From positions 1 to 43,645 of the IMG/VR virus record IMGVR_UViG_3300017971_000113: DNA of 43,645 bases, one strand, 5' to 3'. The position numbers and the translations under genes were made by a program. The stretch is from a virus. The notes under the pieces are model-generated. The model searched no databases and was not told the DNA's origin. It saw only the letters and a program-made list of their open reading frames with translations. Of this stretch, positions 41,778-43,645 are shown in pieces (within the stretch, counting starts at the first letter, position 1; each line of letters opens with the position of its first letter).

Positions 41778-42400
41778 TGCTGTATTCAGATGATGTTTAT
41801 CTTGCCATTATAAGATCGCCAATAATGGAGTATGGCGTAAGCTCGTGGACTTCCCTGCATATAGATGCGGCAAGACGATTTGAACAAGATATTGATAGGC
41901 GATGGTATAGATCAGATTCGTTGAGTCGTGGTATCGATTGGATGAGTACGCCATTTGATTCGTCTAAATTATTGCAGGGATTTAACTATATCGCCGTTGG
42001 AGTGGTAGATGTCGCCAACGGCGATATAGTCGTATGCCCGAGTTCTCATACTTCTGGCGGTACTCCTGGGAATTATTATCAAGCTCAGAGCAATCTTGGA
42101 TCAACTAATCTTACAAATGAAGATTTAACATCATCAGATTGGGCCGATGTGACATCAGATAGGATACAATTCAGAATGCTTGTCACATGTTATGCGTTCT
42201 TTTTGGCTTATAGATATCTCGCAAATAAAGAAAAAGATGATGATTACGCAGATCAAAGGGAATATTGGTTAGGTCAATATTATATGGAGTTTGATCGACA
42301 ATTATCGCTTGGAATAGACTATGATTATGATGGCGATGGCGTTATAGATTCAAGCGAAAAATCAAGCGGTTATCCGAGGATGAGAATCAAACGTGTTTAA
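41777..42400 (+). CDS. Head completion or connector protein candidate
   Basis: Position between the capsid and neck genes; no motif recognised. Confidence 0.3.
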   Translation: MLYSDDVYLAIIRSPIMEYGVSSWTSLHIDAARRFEQDIDRRWYRSDSLSRGIDWMSTPFDSSKLLQGFNYIAVGVVDVANGDIVVCPSSHTSGGTPGNYYQAQSNLGSTNLTNEDLTSSDWADVTSDRIQFRMLVTCYAFFLAYRYLANKEKDDDYADQREYWLGQYYMEFDRQLSLGIDYDYDGDGVIDSSEKSSGYPRMRIKRV

Positions 42401-42839
42401 TATAGAAATTGATACAAGCCAATGGGATGATTTTGTAAAATCATATAATCATAATTTTTCTGAGCCTGAACGCGAAAAAATTTTAAATGAAGCCGCATCT
42501 TATATTGATTTTAAAATTTTAGAGAGAACCGCGGCAGGCGTTGATGTTTATGGAGATGAATTTATTCCATACGCCCCGTTAACTGTAAGATTGAGAAATG
42601 AAAAAGGATTGCCTACGAAAAGAGTTGATTTGTTTTTCACTGGACAAATGCTGAACGCATTAACGCATGATTCTTCTCCTGATGTTGGCCGCGTGTTTTT
42701 CTTGCCTGGCGGATCGCCATCGGCGTCAGAAAAAGCACTAAAAAATAATCAAACTCGATCATTTTTTGGTGTTAGTGATGAGGATGTAGATAACGTCTAT
42801 GACATTGTTGATAAGGCTATCGATAGGATTTTTAGATGA
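42393..42839 (+). CDS. Virion morphogenesis / head-tail joining protein candidate
   Basis: GDEFIPYAPLTVRLRNEKGLPTKRVDLFFTGQMLNAL resembles the gpS/Mu-G-type morphogenesis pattern. Overlaps both neighbours. Confidence 0.4.
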   Translation: MFNIEIDTSQWDDFVKSYNHNFSEPEREKILNEAASYIDFKILERTAAGVDVYGDEFIPYAPLTVRLRNEKGLPTKRVDLFFTGQMLNALTHDSSPDVGRVFFLPGGSPSASEKALKNNQTRSFFGVSDEDVDNVYDIVDKAIDRIFR

Positions 42840-43486
42840 GTAGTAAAAGAGAAGATATTCTTGATGAGATAACAGGAAAGCTTTTGGCGGTTGACGGAAT
42901 AAAAACCGTTAGAAGAAAACCGATTTCTTCTGTAAAAGAATTAAATGAGATATCGAATCAAATGTTTCCTGTCGTTACTATTTCTGGTGGTTTGCCTCGC
43001 CCGTTAAACGGAAACCCCATAGAACTCGGGGAAGAAAGCGATTACAGTAGTATACGATCTGTTCTCGATATATTTATTCGTATTTTTGGATATGAAAAAG
43101 AAAATCCGGATACGGCTATAAGCGAAATCATGAATATTGTATATCCGGCTTTGTATTATGATCCGACTCTAAAAGGATATAATTTCACATCTAAAACAAT
43201 TAATGCGTCAATATCTACAGACGATATAATTTTGTGTGTCGATAATGTTTTAGAAATTTATCAATACAATTTTTATAAATCATTAACAGACTACGGATAT
43301 GTTGCAGATTTGTCAACGCCCCCTTATGGAAATCCAACATTATTTGAAGATGTCACTGATTCTTTAATTGAGAAAATTCAATCTGTATCAGTCAGACCGA
43401 GTGAAATTATGGAATATAGGGATCCTTATTACATATTCACTCTGATAATGACTGTTGAATATATTCATTCAACTATTGAAATATAA
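42836..43486 (+). CDS. Neck or tail-terminator protein candidate
   Basis: Last ORF before the major tail gene; call is by position only. Confidence 0.3.
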   Translation: MSSKREDILDEITGKLLAVDGIKTVRRKPISSVKELNEISNQMFPVVTISGGLPRPLNGNPIELGEESDYSSIRSVLDIFIRIFGYEKENPDTAISEIMNIVYPALYYDPTLKGYNFTSKTINASISTDDIILCVDNVLEIYQYNFYKSLTDYGYVADLSTPPYGNPTLFEDVTDSLIEKIQSVSVRPSEIMEYRDPYYIFTLIMTVEYIHSTIEI

Positions 43487-43498
43487 GGAAAAAAAATA

Positions 43499-43645
43499 AT
43501 GGCTACAAGTTCAAATGCAATGATAAAAATCGAAACGTCTTCGACTGCGTACACTGCCGCTCAAATGACAGACCAAGGCGCACATGATGTATTTAAAATC
43601 ACTGACGTTGATGAGTTTTCCGGTGACCCGGATATTGAAGTACAC
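43499..43645 (+). CDS. 5' end of the major tail protein candidate (continues at base 1)
   Basis: ATG 43499 preceded by AAGGAAAAAAAA. MATSSNAMIKIETSS... runs off the window in the same frame as 1..996. Confidence 0.6.
   Translation, partial: MATSSNAMIKIETSSTAYTAAQMTDQGAHDVFKITDVDEFSGDPDIEVH
43523..43645. repeat. Terminal direct repeat, copy 2
   Basis: Identical to 1-123. Confidence 0.9.

Overview
The window is a complete, AT-rich tailed-phage genome of siphovirus type. Bases 1-123 repeat exactly at 43523-43645, and one ORF (ATG 43499) reads in frame through that junction, so the contig closes on itself with a unique length of 43,522 bp. Layout: (1) + strand 1-13087 is the tail module: major tail protein candidate, GH24 lysozyme, G/GT tail chaperones with a -1 frameshift site, a 1003-aa tape measure, and distal tail, spike and fibre genes. 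(2) - strand 13172-17236 carries replication genes: family B DNA polymerase, DUF2815 SSB-like protein, DUF2800 Cas4-like nuclease. (3) + strand 17376-31649 carries early and middle genes: Cro-like HTH, prim-pol/helicase, an SNF2-helicase::DNA-methyltransferase fusion, HAD phosphatase, RuvC-like resolvase, RHH protein, MazG, membrane proteins, a ParB-like nuclease plus SplB-like radical-SAM enzyme, and many tiny zinc-ribbon ORFs. (4) - strand 31668-33686 is an inverted island of small paralogous genes. (5) + strand 34059-43645 carries packaging, head and neck genes: TerL, portal, Mu-F-like head morphogenesis protein, scaffold, major capsid. I recognised no integrase or lysogeny module, tRNA, rRNA, CRISPR array or IS element. 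All functional calls rest on motifs read from the translations and on gene order; no database search was possible. The best candidates for new biology are four. (a) A 5+5+4 array of GTGGCGCA-type repeats plus a 12-bp-stem hairpin lies directly downstream of the primase-helicase gene (putative origin or centromere). (b) A translationally coupled operon encodes a Cys-rich protein, a ParB-like nuclease, a radical-SAM enzyme and a small ORF (candidate DNA modification or repair system). (c) A 290-bp stretch at 37735-38024 looks coding but contains an in-frame TGA followed by a GC hairpin, then a frame change at an A8 run (recoding or decay). (d) A partial MazG duplication has produced a chimeric ORF.
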